DNA from: a bacterium
Lineage (GTDB): Bacteria; UBA8248
Length of the DNA: 64,000 nucleotides
Direction of reading: 5' to 3'
NCBI GenBank assembly: GCA_965200245.1
Contig: CBDATS010000002.1
Span: 64,001 to 128,000 of the forward strand
The notes below the pieces were generated by a model. That model saw nothing but the letters and a program-made list of their open reading frames with translations. It searched no databases and was not told the DNA's origin. Position 1 is the first letter of the stretch; every line of letters starts with the position of its first letter. Shown here in pieces: positions 1-11,041 of the stretch. Made by a program: the position numbers and the translations under genes.

Positions 1-81
1 GCCCTGTGCCTGTCCTGACCGAATCTACCCTGAAGAGGGGCCATTGCAGAGGACAACCACAGAATTCGACCCTGAAAACGT

Positions 82-1170
82 TCACACCGCCTCCGGCAAA
101 AGCGGCAACAGGTATTTCCCGAAATTCCTGGCCTCGGCGTCATGCGGCCAGCCGGAAAGGATGAACGTGGTCGCGCCCACGTCGATGTATTCGCGTATGG
201 CGTCAGCCACCACCTCGGGGCTGCCGACAAGCATGGTACCCGCCCCCTGACGCACGAGATTGATGCCTGAAAAAAGTGCGGGACCGTGCCAGAGTTTCCC
301 CTCCGCCGTCATTGCGTTCATGCGCTGCTGGGAGACGGACTCCACCTTTCCGGCCACTTGGCCAGTGACCGAAGAACTCTCCCCGTAGGACGCCGTGCCC
401 GCGATGATGTCCTCGGCTTCTTCCTTGGCCTGCGCGTCGTCCTCACGCACGAGGATATGAAAACGCACGCCGAGCTTGAGATCGCGGCCATGCTCCTCGC
501 GCGCCATCTGTTGTACTTCCGCAAATTCTTCGGCGATCTGCCAGGGGGGTTCACCCCATTTGAGGAAAACGTCGGCGTGCTTGGCAATGACCTTTTTCGC
601 CGCAGGCGAGCTTCCGCCGAAATAAAGGGGTGGCCCTCCCGGTCGCGCGGCACCAGGAAAGACGAAGCCATCTTCCACCTGATAGTGCTCCCCCTCGTAG
701 TTCACCCGGCCATCATACGCCCAGAAAGCGCGAACGATTTCCAGGAACTCATCGGCCCGCTCGTAACGCTCGTCGTGATCCGCCCAGTCCCCGTAGCGGC
801 GCGCGTCCACCGAGGATCCGCCGGGCACAACGTTTACCGTCAGCCTCCCGCCCGAGATAAAATCAAGTGTGTTCGCCTGCTGCACGGCAAAGGTCGGCGT
901 GGTGAGGCCGGGGCGGATTGCAACACAGAACTTGATGCGCTCGGTTTCTCGCGCAATCACGGAGGCCAGGAGCCAGCCGTCCGAACACGAGGTATTGCAG
1001 GGGATGAGCATGTTCGTGAGGCCGCTTGCCTCGGCCGTCTGCGCGACATGGACGAGGTAGTCGATCTCGGGCGGTATCTCCACCTCTCCCGTACCGAGGC
1101 GGGTGGCGTCTCCCCGCTGGTTCGAGGGCAGATACCAAGCGTATTCGATGGGCTGCTTGCCGTTTTTCAT
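82..1170 (-). CDS. LLM-class flavin-dependent monooxygenase (SsuD/alkanesulfonate monooxygenase-like)
   Basis: 362 aa ORF. Motifs AWYLP, AQTAEASG, RIKFCVAIRPG, ISGGRLTVNVVPG, PPLYFGGSS, LVGSPEVVA, FILSGWPH are typical of the SsuD-like luciferase family. Confidence 0.85.
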   Translation of the reverse strand: MKNGKQPIEYAWYLPSNQRGDATRLGTGEVEIPPEIDYLVHVAQTAEASGLTNMLIPCNTSCSDGWLLASVIARETERIKFCVAIRPGLTTPTFAVQQANTLDFISGGRLTVNVVPGGSSVDARRYGDWADHDERYERADEFLEIVRAFWAYDGRVNYEGEHYQVEDGFVFPGAARPGGPPLYFGGSSPAAKKVIAKHADVFLKWGEPPWQIAEEFAEVQQMAREEHGRDLKLGVRFHILVREDDAQAKEEAEDIIAGTASYGESSSVTGQVAGKVESVSQQRMNAMTAEGKLWHGPALFSGINLVRQGAGTMLVGSPEVVADAIREYIDVGATTFILSGWPHDAEARNFGKYLLPLLPEAV

Positions 1171-1319
1171 CTCTCACGCATCCTTTGTTCCGTGTCTCAT
1201 GAACTCCAAATCAAGCGTTAATTTTCGCGCACAAGTTTGCGAAAAAAACCGTCCCGCCCGCAAGGGGCAGGGCATTTTTATTGGCGTGTCCGGCGTGACG
1301 CAACGATCCTGACGGGTGC

Positions 1320-1463
1320 TTAGGCCGATGACTCCCCCCATCGTTGCTCGTGATGGCGATGACCGAAGAGCGCGGCGTGGTTTTCTCGCCGCCTGGGAAG
1401 TGGCTGTCGCCTTCCCTCCAGCCGGTGTGCTGGATACCCACGAAGAGTGTCCTGCCGTCGGCC
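1320..1463 (-). pseudogene. phoX: C-terminal fragment of PhoX alkaline phosphatase
   Basis: Minus strand reads DGRTLFVGIQHTGWREGDSHFPGGEKTTPRSSVIAITSNDGG, matching the PhoX C-terminus (DGRTLFVxIQHPG...PRSxVxAI..DGG). No upstream body is present. Confidence 0.6.
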
Positions 1464-1794
1464 CTCCACCCGAAGAAATGACGCCGGGCTACATCCGCAT
1501 TCTGGCTTTAGAATCCGGGGAGTCTCCTAAAACTGATGAGATAAAGATTCGCGGAACAACCCAGAAAAAAGATGGAAGATAAAAGATACAGGCAAAACAA
1601 CTTGTGCAGGGCATTTCCGGATTCCGGCGTTTTCTCTTTTCAGAGGGATTCGATGCAAGTTGACGAACCAAGACCATATTTAACCGCCGTCAAATACCTC
1701 CCCCGCTTCTCAAGAGTGTGCACAGGCTGTAGATTGAAGCTCGCCGGATTACGGCGCGAGATGTCCCTGGGAACCCGACTGCCCCGAGAACCGG

Positions 1795-2679
1795 ATGAAT
1801 CCCCAACTCATCGCCGCATCCTACGCCATGTCCACCGCCGTGGTCTTCGCCACTTTCAGCGTGTTCATCCGCAAGGGTAGCGACCACGCAAACGCGCTCA
1901 CGGGCGTATTCATCGGCCTGGTCACCTCACTGCCGGTCATGCTCGCCGTAACCTGGTATTACTGGCAGCCCGAATGGTGGAACCCGCAAGCGTTTTTCTT
2001 CTTCTCGCTGGCAGGCCTCACCGGGCCAGCGATGTCGCGTGTGTTTCTCTACTTGAGCATCTCCTACCTGGGCGTCGCGCGCGCGATGCCGTTCGTCTCG
2101 CTGACACCCCTGTTCTCCACCTCGCTCGCCATCGCCTTTCTGGGCGAGCGGCCAGGTGCGCTTATCCTCTCGGGTACACTCTTCATTGTGCTGGGCAGCG
2201 CCGCGCTCAGCTACAAGAAACCGGAAGACACCTCGTGGAAGAGAAAACACCTCCTGCTGGCTTTCTGTAGCGCCGTCACCGCCGCGTTTTCGTTCCTTTT
2301 CCGAAAATTCGCCTTCGCCCACGTCGATGCCCCCATCATGGGCGCCACCCTCACGACTCTAGCGGGATTCATCTTCCTCATCACCTTCATCCCGCTCTTC
2401 CCGAAAGACCAGAAACCGAACCAGTTCGACCGCCCGAAGGCGTGGCTCATCTTCGGGCTGTGCGGACTGTTGAACGCGGTCGGCTTTTTTCTGCACTTCA
2501 CCGCCTTGAACATCGGCGATCTCTCCATCGTCTCACCGCTCACCTCGACGGCTCCTGTCTTCAGCCTGATCATGAGCTATTTCCTGCTCAGGAGCGTGGA
2601 ACGCATCACGCCCGCCATCATCTTCGGCACGGCGTGCATGGTTATCGGCGCCGCGCTCATCGGCTGGCGTCTTCGTTGA
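1795..2679 (+). CDS. DMT/EamA family transporter
   Basis: 294 aa, about 10 hydrophobic segments, two EamA-like repeats (LTPLFSTSLAIAFLGER / TAPVFSLIMSYFLLRSVER). Confidence 0.85.
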   Translation: MNPQLIAASYAMSTAVVFATFSVFIRKGSDHANALTGVFIGLVTSLPVMLAVTWYYWQPEWWNPQAFFFFSLAGLTGPAMSRVFLYLSISYLGVARAMPFVSLTPLFSTSLAIAFLGERPGALILSGTLFIVLGSAALSYKKPEDTSWKRKHLLLAFCSAVTAAFSFLFRKFAFAHVDAPIMGATLTTLAGFIFLITFIPLFPKDQKPNQFDRPKAWLIFGLCGLLNAVGFFLHFTALNIGDLSIVSPLTSTAPVFSLIMSYFLLRSVERITPAIIFGTACMVIGAALIGWRLR

Positions 2680-2742
2680 GAGCACTGGATGTCGGTAAAC
2701 CGTAAGGACAGGAACGGAGAACAGTCCGATGCTCGTTATAGA

Positions 2743-3434
2743 CCGTCATAGATAATCAACGGCAATATGGCTCTATTGAATATTTTGCATCCTGCTCCGG
2801 GTACAGGGCAAGACTGGCGGAGAAGGTTACCGCCACTCTGGAGATAGAGCATGCGCGGGTTGCACTTGCGCTGTTTCAGGGAGAGCGCGGCTCGGTCACA
2901 GAGTCTTTCGCTATGGAAGGAAAGGCTCTGCATCACGGCAATCAGGTATTGGAAAGAGTGATTCGTGGTTATGACTCCGAGAGACGGTTCCATCAATCGC
3001 ATCATACCCCGGCGAATGTCTGGCAGGCGATGGACACGATTTTTCAGGAGCCGGAAACCAGTCGGTTGGCGAAGTTTCGCATTGCCGAATACCTGATTCC
3101 AGATGCACTGATCAAAAGCACGGACCGTCACCACGAGAACTGGGGGATACTGCTCGAGCATGTCGATGGTCACTGAAAAAGGCTTGTCGCCCCATCGTTT
3201 GACCATGCCGCACCGTTGGGACGGGAACTGCTGGATTCGCGTCGCGAGAGGCTCTTGACAGGGAATCGCGTCGGGGACTACGTCGAGAGAGGGCGGGGTG
3301 CAATTTACCGGTCAAAAGACGAGAGGCAAGCACCAGGCCCGCTGCATCTGGTGCGACGGATTGTAAGGCCAACAACGCCTAGAAGACCATGCCGAAGCTG
3401 TCGCCGCCTTTTGGCAACGATCAAAAGACGATGA
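2743..3434 (+). pseudogene. HipA-like kinase remnant
   Basis: ORFs 2913-3176 and 3216-3434 are in one frame across TGA 3174-3176. The joined reading DALIKSTDRHHENWGIL...APSFDHAAPLGREL contains the HipA-like DRH..NW and APxFD motifs. The 5' end is missing. Confidence 0.65.
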
Positions 3435-3658
3435 ATGGCTCGATTAGAGCAACGCGGCAGCACAAACCGAAGAAGTCATCAGCCCCGCATTTCGAATGAT
3501 GCGCGCAGCGGTCAAATCAGTAACCCACACCCCTACATCGGAGCAGATAAGACAGATACAGAATATTCCAAACAAGACGCGCAAAGACATTCGGTCGCTG
3601 AAATCGCTTAAGGAAAATCAACATTGCAAATGTCCGACGTAACGAAAGGGGCGAAACA

Positions 3659-4780
3659 ATGCAAAGCAGGAAAATGCGAAAACGAGCTTTTATTGTCGCA
3701 GCGGGGGTAATCTTTTCCATTGCTGCTGGGATCGGTGTTTCAGCGCTATTCCCGCGCTTTATGACTGGCCTGCTTTTCGGCGTAAATACTGCCCCCGTAA
3801 AGCTTTCTGTCAGCGACACACACAGCCCCCGTGAGACTGACGAGAAGACAATCGCGATAGTAACCGCTGCCGATTCTTTCCTGTCCTCCTTGAGTACAGA
3901 ACAAAAACAGGCCGCGACCTATGCATTTTCCGACAATAGGCAACGCTCGAATTGGTCTAACTTCCCCGAAGGCATGATCCCCCGTGGCGGCTTAAAAATG
4001 GCCGCCCTTTCCGAAACCCAACAAACGAAGCTTGACAGTCTTCTTGCTGAAATCATGAGTGCCAAAGGCATTCAAAACTTAAAATTTCAACTTGCCGCCG
4101 AAGAAACATTCCCAAAGGGCTCATTCAACAAGTACGGGGTCGAGTACTTCTACGTTGCATTTTTGGGCGAACCCTCAACGACAAAACCCTAGATGTTCCA
4201 ATTTGGTGGCCACCATCTAGCCATCAATGTAACGATCTACGGCGCAGGCGTAACATTTTCACCGATGCTCACTGGTGGCCATCCCCTCCATATTCAATAC
4301 AACGGAAAGCAGATTTTCATAACCGAAGAAGAAACAGCAGCAGCCCAAGCCCTTCTCGACAGTCTCAACGACGAACAAAAAAAGATTGCTATCCGGAGTG
4401 AGCAAGCTATCGACCTTTTACTCGGGCCGGGTCAGTACGGCACTGTCGTGGCACCGGAAGGCATCAAGGGCAGCGACCTCACCGAGAGTCAAAAACAATC
4501 GCTCATAGCACTAATCAAAACGCGGTTAGACTTTATCAATGACAATGACCATGCAGCAGCAATGGCCACTGTCATTGATGAGCTTGACGACACCTATTTC
4601 GGTTGGTGGGGGCCACAAGGAAAATTAGGATTTGCCTATTTTCGCATCACTGGCCCATCTCTAGTGATCGAATACGCGCCGCAAAATGACGCTGGCGACA
4701 GCGTTACGGATCACGCACACAGCATGTACCGCAACCCGGAAAACGACTATGGCTCTGCATGGATAGGGCAAAACAAATGA
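3659..4780 (+). pseudogene. DUF3500 family protein interrupted by an in-frame TAG
   Basis: Two abutting in-frame ORFs. WSNFP, GEPSTTKP*MFQFGGHHLAIN, YFRITGPSLVIEY and HAHSMYRNPENDYG match DUF3500. TAG 4190-4192 lies at the expected Trp (TGG). Confidence 0.75.
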
Positions 4781-4978
4781 AAAATGGTCTTCTAACCCTT
4801 GCCTGTGTACTTTGCTTTGTCAGTAAAATTCAAGCACACCCACATGGATGACGGCCTCGTATCGAAGGAAGAAGCCGCTAATTTTGGCTCTGACGTAATC
4901 TCAAAACCCAAGTTCCAACTTAATGGCGACGAAATATCGCTAAACAACATCTATAAGCCCTTAATGAACCGCTCCTAA
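4777..4978 (+). pseudogene. Remnant of a secreted protein downstream of DUF3500
   Basis: ATGA overlap with DUF3500. Signal-peptide-like MKNGLLTLACVLCFVSKIQAHPHG* is followed in another frame by DDGLVSKEEA, suggesting an internal deletion. Confidence 0.3.
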
Positions 4979-5049
4979 ACACCAAAAACACAGCGTTCAC
5001 AGCACGGCGATCATATGGAAATTAACTTCTCCCCATAGACAATAGGGTA

Positions 5050-5189
5050 TTCAAGCCATTCGTCTGAGTCCTGCCGGCCGATTACTGCCAAGATCTGTCA
5101 GATTGGACAACACCCCACTACTCAAGGCCCTAAAACCAAATACGCTATAGGTCAGCTGCGACGCTCGGGGAAAGCCTATAATTTGCCAT
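5050..5189 (-). pseudogene. parE: ParE/RelE toxin pseudogene
   Basis: Start overlaps the parD 3' end. It reads MANYRLSPSVAADL*RIWF*GLE*WGVVQSD, then C-terminal ILAVIGRQD in another frame: three TAG stops plus an internal deletion. Confidence 0.7.
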
Positions 5190-5433
5190 CTTGACGGGCC
5201 TTCTCTTTGAAGCCGTCAAGTATCTGCTCAGGCGTTTTTGTGATCCATCCATGCTCTACAACCGACTGCTCGGCAGCAATCAATCGTTCGCGAATAACCT
5301 CGATTTCACGAGCGTGGCGAATCAGGTCGTTGACCACCTCGCTACGGCTGGCAAATTCGCCGCTCTCGATCTGGCCCTGAATCCATTTCTCATTGGGTGT
5401 CGAAATCGACAAACTTGCACGTATCCCTGCCAT
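5176..5433 (-). CDS. parD: ParD-like ribbon-helix-helix antitoxin
   Basis: 85 aa with SISTPNEKWIQGQIESGEFASRSEVVNDLIR motif. GGAGG RBS upstream. Confidence 0.8.
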   Translation of the reverse strand: MAGIRASLSISTPNEKWIQGQIESGEFASRSEVVNDLIRHAREIEVIRERLIAAEQSVVEHGWITKTPEQILDGFKEKARQDGKL

Positions 5434-5516
5434 TGCTTTTGTCCTCCTCCCTCCTCCGATAGGCGTGAATATGATGTAATTTTACATCATATTGCCCTTC
5501 TTGTCCATGCCCCTAG

Positions 5517-5730
5517 AATACCCGCCGGAGGCGTGGGCTTCTGCGTCAGTGACATTCCCTCGGAGCCGACATTTTTAGAATGACAAAACGCGCGCAACGG
5601 CAGTCACCCCGAAGGGGTCGCAACGGAGTGTAGCGGAGTGAAGAACCGCGGAGCGGTTGACAGAGTGAGCACGTTTGTATGTTTTCGGTCGGATCAAAGG
5701 GAGCTTGCGACCGTTTTTAAGGCACTGTAT
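5517..5730. repeat. Possible MITE/REP-like structured non-coding element
   Basis: Non-coding, hairpin-rich segment (e.g. ACCCCGAAGGGGT) between parD and DUF3226. Single copy in this window, so repeat status is inferred. Confidence 0.3.
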
Positions 5731-5776
5731 CTGCCTTTGTCAATTCGGCGCCCGAAACATGGAATATCTCGCCTCA

Positions 5777-6421
5777 CTAAAGGCCACTAATGAAGCACCG
5801 GAGTTCCCGGAAAGCTGGCGCGTCGAAATCCCATACGCCCCTAAGCGCACCTTCTCCCACCCTAGCCAGCGGATCTTGCGTAGAAGCCAAATAGGCGTGC
5901 GCGAAGCTTTTATCGATATTGTCCGACTCCATGGCTTTGTGATCTTTGAGACATTCCAGATACTGCTCGACGCACTGAGCCGCGTCTGTATCCGCCACGG
6001 ATCGCCGGCACAGTGTCTCCAATGCACCATGTGCGGATCCGTCCGGCATGATGAACACTCCAACCGGCGGTGTTCCATTCGAGAAAGTTCCGTGGGACTC
6101 TGGCGCTACGTACCCGGTATTATGAAGCTGAGTGCAGACGCTTCGAAAGGCGTTTTCTGGGTGGTGACCCCCGTCCCGAACGACTCCGAAGGATCGGAAG
6201 CTCGGACGAATTCGGAGCAGTTCCTGTATAGCTTTCAGACGCTTGGGGAATTGATACTTTCCCCCCGCCTCAATCACCTGGATACCTGCATTTTTGCCAA
6301 GACAATGCCGGATCAACTCACAGAACAAGTTCACCTCGTCCCGACCCTCGACCAACAGGAGCCGGTCGCAATGGATGCTCAGCCTCTTCCCCCGAGGATC
6401 AGCGGGTTGTCTCTGTGGCAC
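5777..6421 (-). CDS. DUF3226 (TOPRIM-like) protein, partner of the AAA ATPase
   Basis: LLLVEGRDE, GVVRD, GVFIMPD..HGALETL and DKSFAHAYLA motifs. Start overlaps the ATPase stop at 6421. Confidence 0.75.
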   Translation of the reverse strand: MPQRQPADPRGKRLSIHCDRLLLVEGRDEVNLFCELIRHCLGKNAGIQVIEAGGKYQFPKRLKAIQELLRIRPSFRSFGVVRDGGHHPENAFRSVCTQLHNTGYVAPESHGTFSNGTPPVGVFIMPDGSAHGALETLCRRSVADTDAAQCVEQYLECLKDHKAMESDNIDKSFAHAYLASTQDPLARVGEGALRGVWDFDAPAFRELRCFISGL

Positions 6422-7531
6422 TACCGGACTTCCAGGTTCAGGTCACGGGCCCCTATGAGCGTTTCTCCGGTAAACGTTGCGGCTTCCTTGTGTCCTGTAT
6501 TCCCGTTACAAAAGAGGTGGTGAATAGAGAGATCCTCAGGCGCATCCTTAAAGGCGTCTATCGCCGCGTCGATAAACTCTCCGCTATGCGTCGTTGCCAT
6601 AAACTGCGTGTTCCATTGGTCCATCCACTCTCGAGCCCGGTCCCATATTTCTCGTTGTGCGGAATGATGGATTCCGTTTTCCATCTCATCAACCAGCAAA
6701 ATACCGTCCCGGGAGGCGGAAAAGCTGAGTAGCAACCGAACCAGCCTGACGGCACCATCCCCAAGATCGTGAACCGGTAGCCGCCTCCCGTTCTCCATCA
6801 CCACCGACAGATAAGGCTCTCTGGTGTCGTTGGTCAGAATCTCCGCATCCGCGATTTTCTGCGCAAGCAGGTTGACGGCGACCTGCAATTCTTTCTTGCG
6901 GCCCTCTCTAACCAGATTGGAGTATTGATGTAGGTATTCGGCAGGGGTCTCAAGTTGAAACTTGGTGCTTTGGATAATACAAGCAGGCCGTCCAACGGGC
7001 TTTTTCTCCGACAGAAGCACCGTGCCTTGGGGTGTTATCTGGAAAGTGTCGGTGCCCTTCACGATTTCGTCGTCAATGTAGGTATGGATACGTCCCCGCA
7101 CGGGCGACAGGTTTGCCAGACTCTCTTGTGAAGCTCCACTAGTCCCTAGGTTTGGTGGTGGAGGTGGTGGGGGGTGGTGGCTCTACCGTTTGCATAGCAC
7201 CGCCGGCCCCCGGGCTTGGCGAGACGCTCTCAAACTTCTGGAAGACCCATTTCAATTTGTGATGAGTTCCGTCCTCCTGACCGTGAAGTTCCAATTCGCG
7301 GTCAGTCAGTCTGGAAATGGGATCGAGAGTGGGCATGGGAGGACGTTGGACTTTCAAATTCCACAGTATGCTGGGATTGAATCGGCCCGTAAACAGCCAT
7401 ATTGCCTCGATCAAAGCTGTCTTGCCGACCCCATTTGCACCGGTAATCAGATTGGCCTTAGACAGATGACGCAAAGAGAGGCCGTCGATACCGCGGAAGC
7501 GAACGGCGTTGAAACTATTCAATTGAACCAT
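6421..7531 (-). CDS. AAA_15/AAA_21 (ABC-like) ATPase with a single-base frameshift
   Basis: Walker A GANGVGKT in 7139-7531. Signature LGDG, Walker B LLVDEMENGIH and ATTHS in 6421-7101. Removing one base of the G6 run (7169-7174) fuses the ORFs through a P9 linker. Confidence 0.8.
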
Positions 7532-8512
7532 TGCATTTCTCCGTCAACCCCACCATCTAGCCGAGCGACTCCGGCAGGGCTATACAGTTTAATGGTAGTG
7601 TTCGGAACACATGTCCGTCAAGGTGAATGACCAAGCGGCCAGTTTGCTGGTCCACCGAACCGCGCTTTGGTGAACCAACGTGGAACGTCCCAAGATAACC
7701 TGCCCGCACGAATGCATATACTTTGTCATCTCATTGGTGATGCCATAAAACGCCCGCTCCGGGGACCTGTCGCTGTTGCGTGTTCGCCACCCCCGCGCGG
7801 CGCAAACCGGAAAACGCAGGCTCACTTCCACAACTCTCGGCGGGATGCAAGCACCGATGATCCATCGTCTCAGGCGGGCAGATGCGTGTCAAATATGGAT
7901 TGACGGCCAAAAAATATGCGAAAACAGCGGCCGAAAATAGCCAATTTCATATCGGGTTTCTGCTCAATTTCCAACACCTAAGTTCGACGTTTTCCCGCTC
8001 AAAAAAACGGGGCATTCTGAATACGGGTTGATCATATGATGAAAGGCGGCGATTCGGGGTCGCCGCCCACGAGAACACAGGGATATCCGTACTTCCCCCG
8101 CGGCGAATCATATCCTCCGGCCATCCCCAGCGGGCGATCCCAAGGGCGAACTCCGGCTCAAACGCTCCTCGCCGGCGGCTCTGACCTCGACCCCAGGGAT
8201 GGACATGGCGGGCACGCCACGCTCCACGTACTACTGTAGGCAGGTTCTGTTGCGGCTGATGGCAATGTATATGGCCACGAGGGCAAGCTCATGTCGCCAG
8301 GGGAATCCTTGAACCTCGACTTGCGCGGCTTACAACTGAGCGTCTCTTTTTTGTTTTCATCCGTGTGGTTTCCTTTCAATTTTATCAAATCCCCGCGCAG
8401 CAGGCAGTAGACGGAAACACGTATGGAACCAAGCCACAGGAGATCCCCTACCAAAACTCGTTGTCTGTGGTATGTTTTATGAGACAGCTTCCAGACAGAC
8501 AGAGGAGTAAAT

Positions 8513-8929
8513 ATGCTGGGAGGCAATAATCATGCACACTGCGGTAATCTGGGTATGCAGTTACAGGAAATGCAACGGAAAGGCCTTGTAAAGGAAACCA
8601 GACTGACAGGATATTCCTGCCAGCATTGCTCCTCGAAAAATCCAAAAATATATGTCGCTACAGAAGATTACAATGGCTTCTTTAGCAGAAGCAGTTTATA
8701 TGGGATGAGTCTCACAACTGGCATATTCTTCATCATATTCATGGGGTTTATGCCGTCAATCAAGGGAAACGGAGACATAGGTGCAGAGAATATTTTCGGC
8801 TTCATGTTTTTCTCGATAGGAATCTCATTGTTGTGGAAAATGAGATGCGGAGTTCGCAGGGGAGACAGGGCTTGTATCGAGAGAGACGGGTGCCTTAGTG
8901 AAGATTTCGACAGACTTCCGGACGGATGA
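8513..8929 (+). CDS. Hypothetical membrane protein with CxxC and two TM segments
   Basis: 138 aa low-GC ORF with AGGAG RBS, CQHC motif and two hydrophobic stretches. Confidence 0.4.
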   Translation: MLGGNNHAHCGNLGMQLQEMQRKGLVKETRLTGYSCQHCSSKNPKIYVATEDYNGFFSRSSLYGMSLTTGIFFIIFMGFMPSIKGNGDIGAENIFGFMFFSIGISLLWKMRCGVRRGDRACIERDGCLSEDFDRLPDG

Positions 8930-9395
8930 GGCCTGCCACGCAAGAAAACCCGGGACGAACCGCTGTCTCTTCAGACATGGTACATCCACAATCAAATGAC
9001 GATCCGCACGACCCTTGGGATGAGGTGCGTCGGGACTGCACCGGGGGTCGGTGGCCGGATTTTCAGACCATGGATCGTCGCTGACCGCAAGCTACGGTGC
9101 CAGCACGAACGCCATCATGGCTCCATCCTCCAGTATTGTTGCCCGTTTTTCCCTTGCCAAAATGAGAGGAAAAAGTCATGACCACGACAATCGCTACACT
9201 TCTCAACTTCGGTGCCACACGTGGATTTTTCAGGTCTTCCGTGCCTGGAGATGCAAAACGACCAATTACTGCTGGATTGTTTGCAAGTCTCAATCCTAGG
9301 CGGTTGGTTATCCGAGTGGGATGATGCCTATTTTAGTCAGATACATTTTTTCAAACAATTTACACAAATTTCTGCCCGACAAAACAGAAACATGA

Positions 9396-10163
9396 GGGAC
9401 TTCGACGACAAAGAGTGCGAACCTTAGCGGCAAGGACCGTCTAATAGTTGCGCTGGACGTGCCAACACACGAGGAAGGGTTCGACCTGGTTGAAAAACTG
9501 ACCAACGTGTCTTTTTTCAAAGTTGGTCTCGAACTCTTTTGGGCAGGGAATGTGCTCGGACTCATTAAGGAGCTTCAGGCTCGCCGATCCGGTAAAGGCG
9601 GGGTGTTCGTGGACTTGAAACTTTCCGGTGACATCGACAATACGATTTCCATGTTCATCAAGGGCTGCAAGGCCCTGAACGTCAAGTTCATTACGCTGAC
9701 CGAGTCTGTTCCTCATGCAATAACGCTCAAGACAATTGAAACCGCGCTGAAAACTCGCGGGGAAGAAAAACACCCCAAACTCTTGATGGTTCCATTGCTT
9801 TCGAGTCTGAATGATGATGATCTCACAGAGGGAATGGATTCGACGCAATACATCCTGAAGCATGGTAAAAAACTACTGGCTGGCGAATGTGACGGGTTGA
9901 TTGTTTCAGGCAACGCTATCAAGGCCTGCCGCGAGAGATTCCCGAACGCCGACATCGTGAGTCCGGGTATCAGGCCTGTATGGACCGCTTCGGACGATCA
10001 CAAACGATATACGACACCGGCCGATGCAATCCGAATGGGCTCGGACTATCTCGTCGTGGGCAGACCCATCACGAAAAGCGATCCTTTTTCCGCGGCCAAA
10101 GCCATCATCGAGGAAATGGACGAAGCACTGGATACCAATAATTTCGTCATCACTGATAGATGA
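9396..10163 (+). CDS. pyrF: Orotidine-5'-phosphate decarboxylase-like protein (divergent, start uncertain)
   Basis: DRLIVALDV, FFKVGLEL, VFVDLKLSGDIDNT, SPGIRP, DDHKRYTTP and YLVVGRPI motifs. The frame is open from 9396, but the nearest ATG (9392) is out of frame. Confidence 0.75.
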   Translation, partial: GTSTTKSANLSGKDRLIVALDVPTHEEGFDLVEKLTNVSFFKVGLELFWAGNVLGLIKELQARRSGKGGVFVDLKLSGDIDNTISMFIKGCKALNVKFITLTESVPHAITLKTIETALKTRGEEKHPKLLMVPLLSSLNDDDLTEGMDSTQYILKHGKKLLAGECDGLIVSGNAIKACRERFPNADIVSPGIRPVWTASDDHKRYTTPADAIRMGSDYLVVGRPITKSDPFSAAKAIIEEMDEALDTNNFVITDR

Positions 10164-10254
10164 ATCACGCCGCTATTTTTTAAGGACCATAGCTACCACC
10201 CTCTCACAGACCCACACACTTCAGAAGCGTGAACCCGAAGGCAAAACCGGGTCC

Positions 10255-10760
10255 GCACCGCGCAGTTTGTAGCGATAACAACACCCATCCACGTAGTACC
10301 GGAGATATTTCCGGCTCAAGTTGTGGAACGATCCGAACATCCCGCGGCTTCAGGAATGTCCATAAGCCCGCGATCATGTTCTCGATCATGTTGATGTACG
10401 TATCGCTGTGACACAGCATTTCGCGTGGTGGACCACCTGGAGCGGCCGGAGCGACCCCACCCGGGAATAGCCGTATTCGTCCGCAACCAAAGAACGGTCC
10501 GACCGATACCCCAAGGCCAACCGAGTACACTCTGAAGACGAGATATTGAGCGATGCCGCGAGTTACGTATTTCCTTGATAACGGCATAATCGACAACTTC
10601 TCCGTCCGCTTCGACCACAACTTCCTCGACTTTCTTGGAAGTTGGCATACGCCGGAGAGCTTGACGGGTAGTAGTATGTCGGGACATTTTTCGTGTCGGC
10701 AGACACGTCGGGCTGTGGCGTCGCCGATTGGCAGCCGCCCTCGGCTGCGACCCGAGAAAT
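10255..10760 (-). mobile_element. IS1595-family (ISXO2-like) transposase relic
   Basis: Frameshifted fragments INMIENMIAGLWTFLK and GMFGSFHNLSRKYLRYYVDGCCYRY match the IS1595 C-terminal pattern (NxIEGxWxxLK..G..H.VS.KYL..Y..EF.YRYN). Confidence 0.6.
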
Positions 10761-11041
10761 TCCAATCCTGACGCCTCTATCCGCGCCTGGATCGTGCGCT
10801 CGCGTTTCGGCATCGAAAGTCGGCTACCCGTCGCGCCGTAGAACATGTTCCGGTCGCCCGCGGTCAGGGTGCAGTAATTGAACGGATCGGGGTACCTGAT
10901 GAAGGTTGAAAGGTCCGAGAGTATCCAATGCACCAAAACGCCGAAAGCGCCGAGTGTCTGACGAGGGAGTGGAGAGTTGTTCACACATCTCACATCGTGC
11001 GATATTGCGAACATGCAACAACACCATATCGGGAATGATAA

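Noticed and set aside
3174-3176. In-frame TGA in the hipA-like gene as selenocysteine
   Set aside because: Not at a Cys/redox position, no SECIS-like hairpin recognised, and the gene is otherwise degraded.
7560-8420. Short ORFs between the ATPase and the 8513 gene
   Set aside because: No recognisable motifs. Probably degraded DNA that cannot be assigned without a search.
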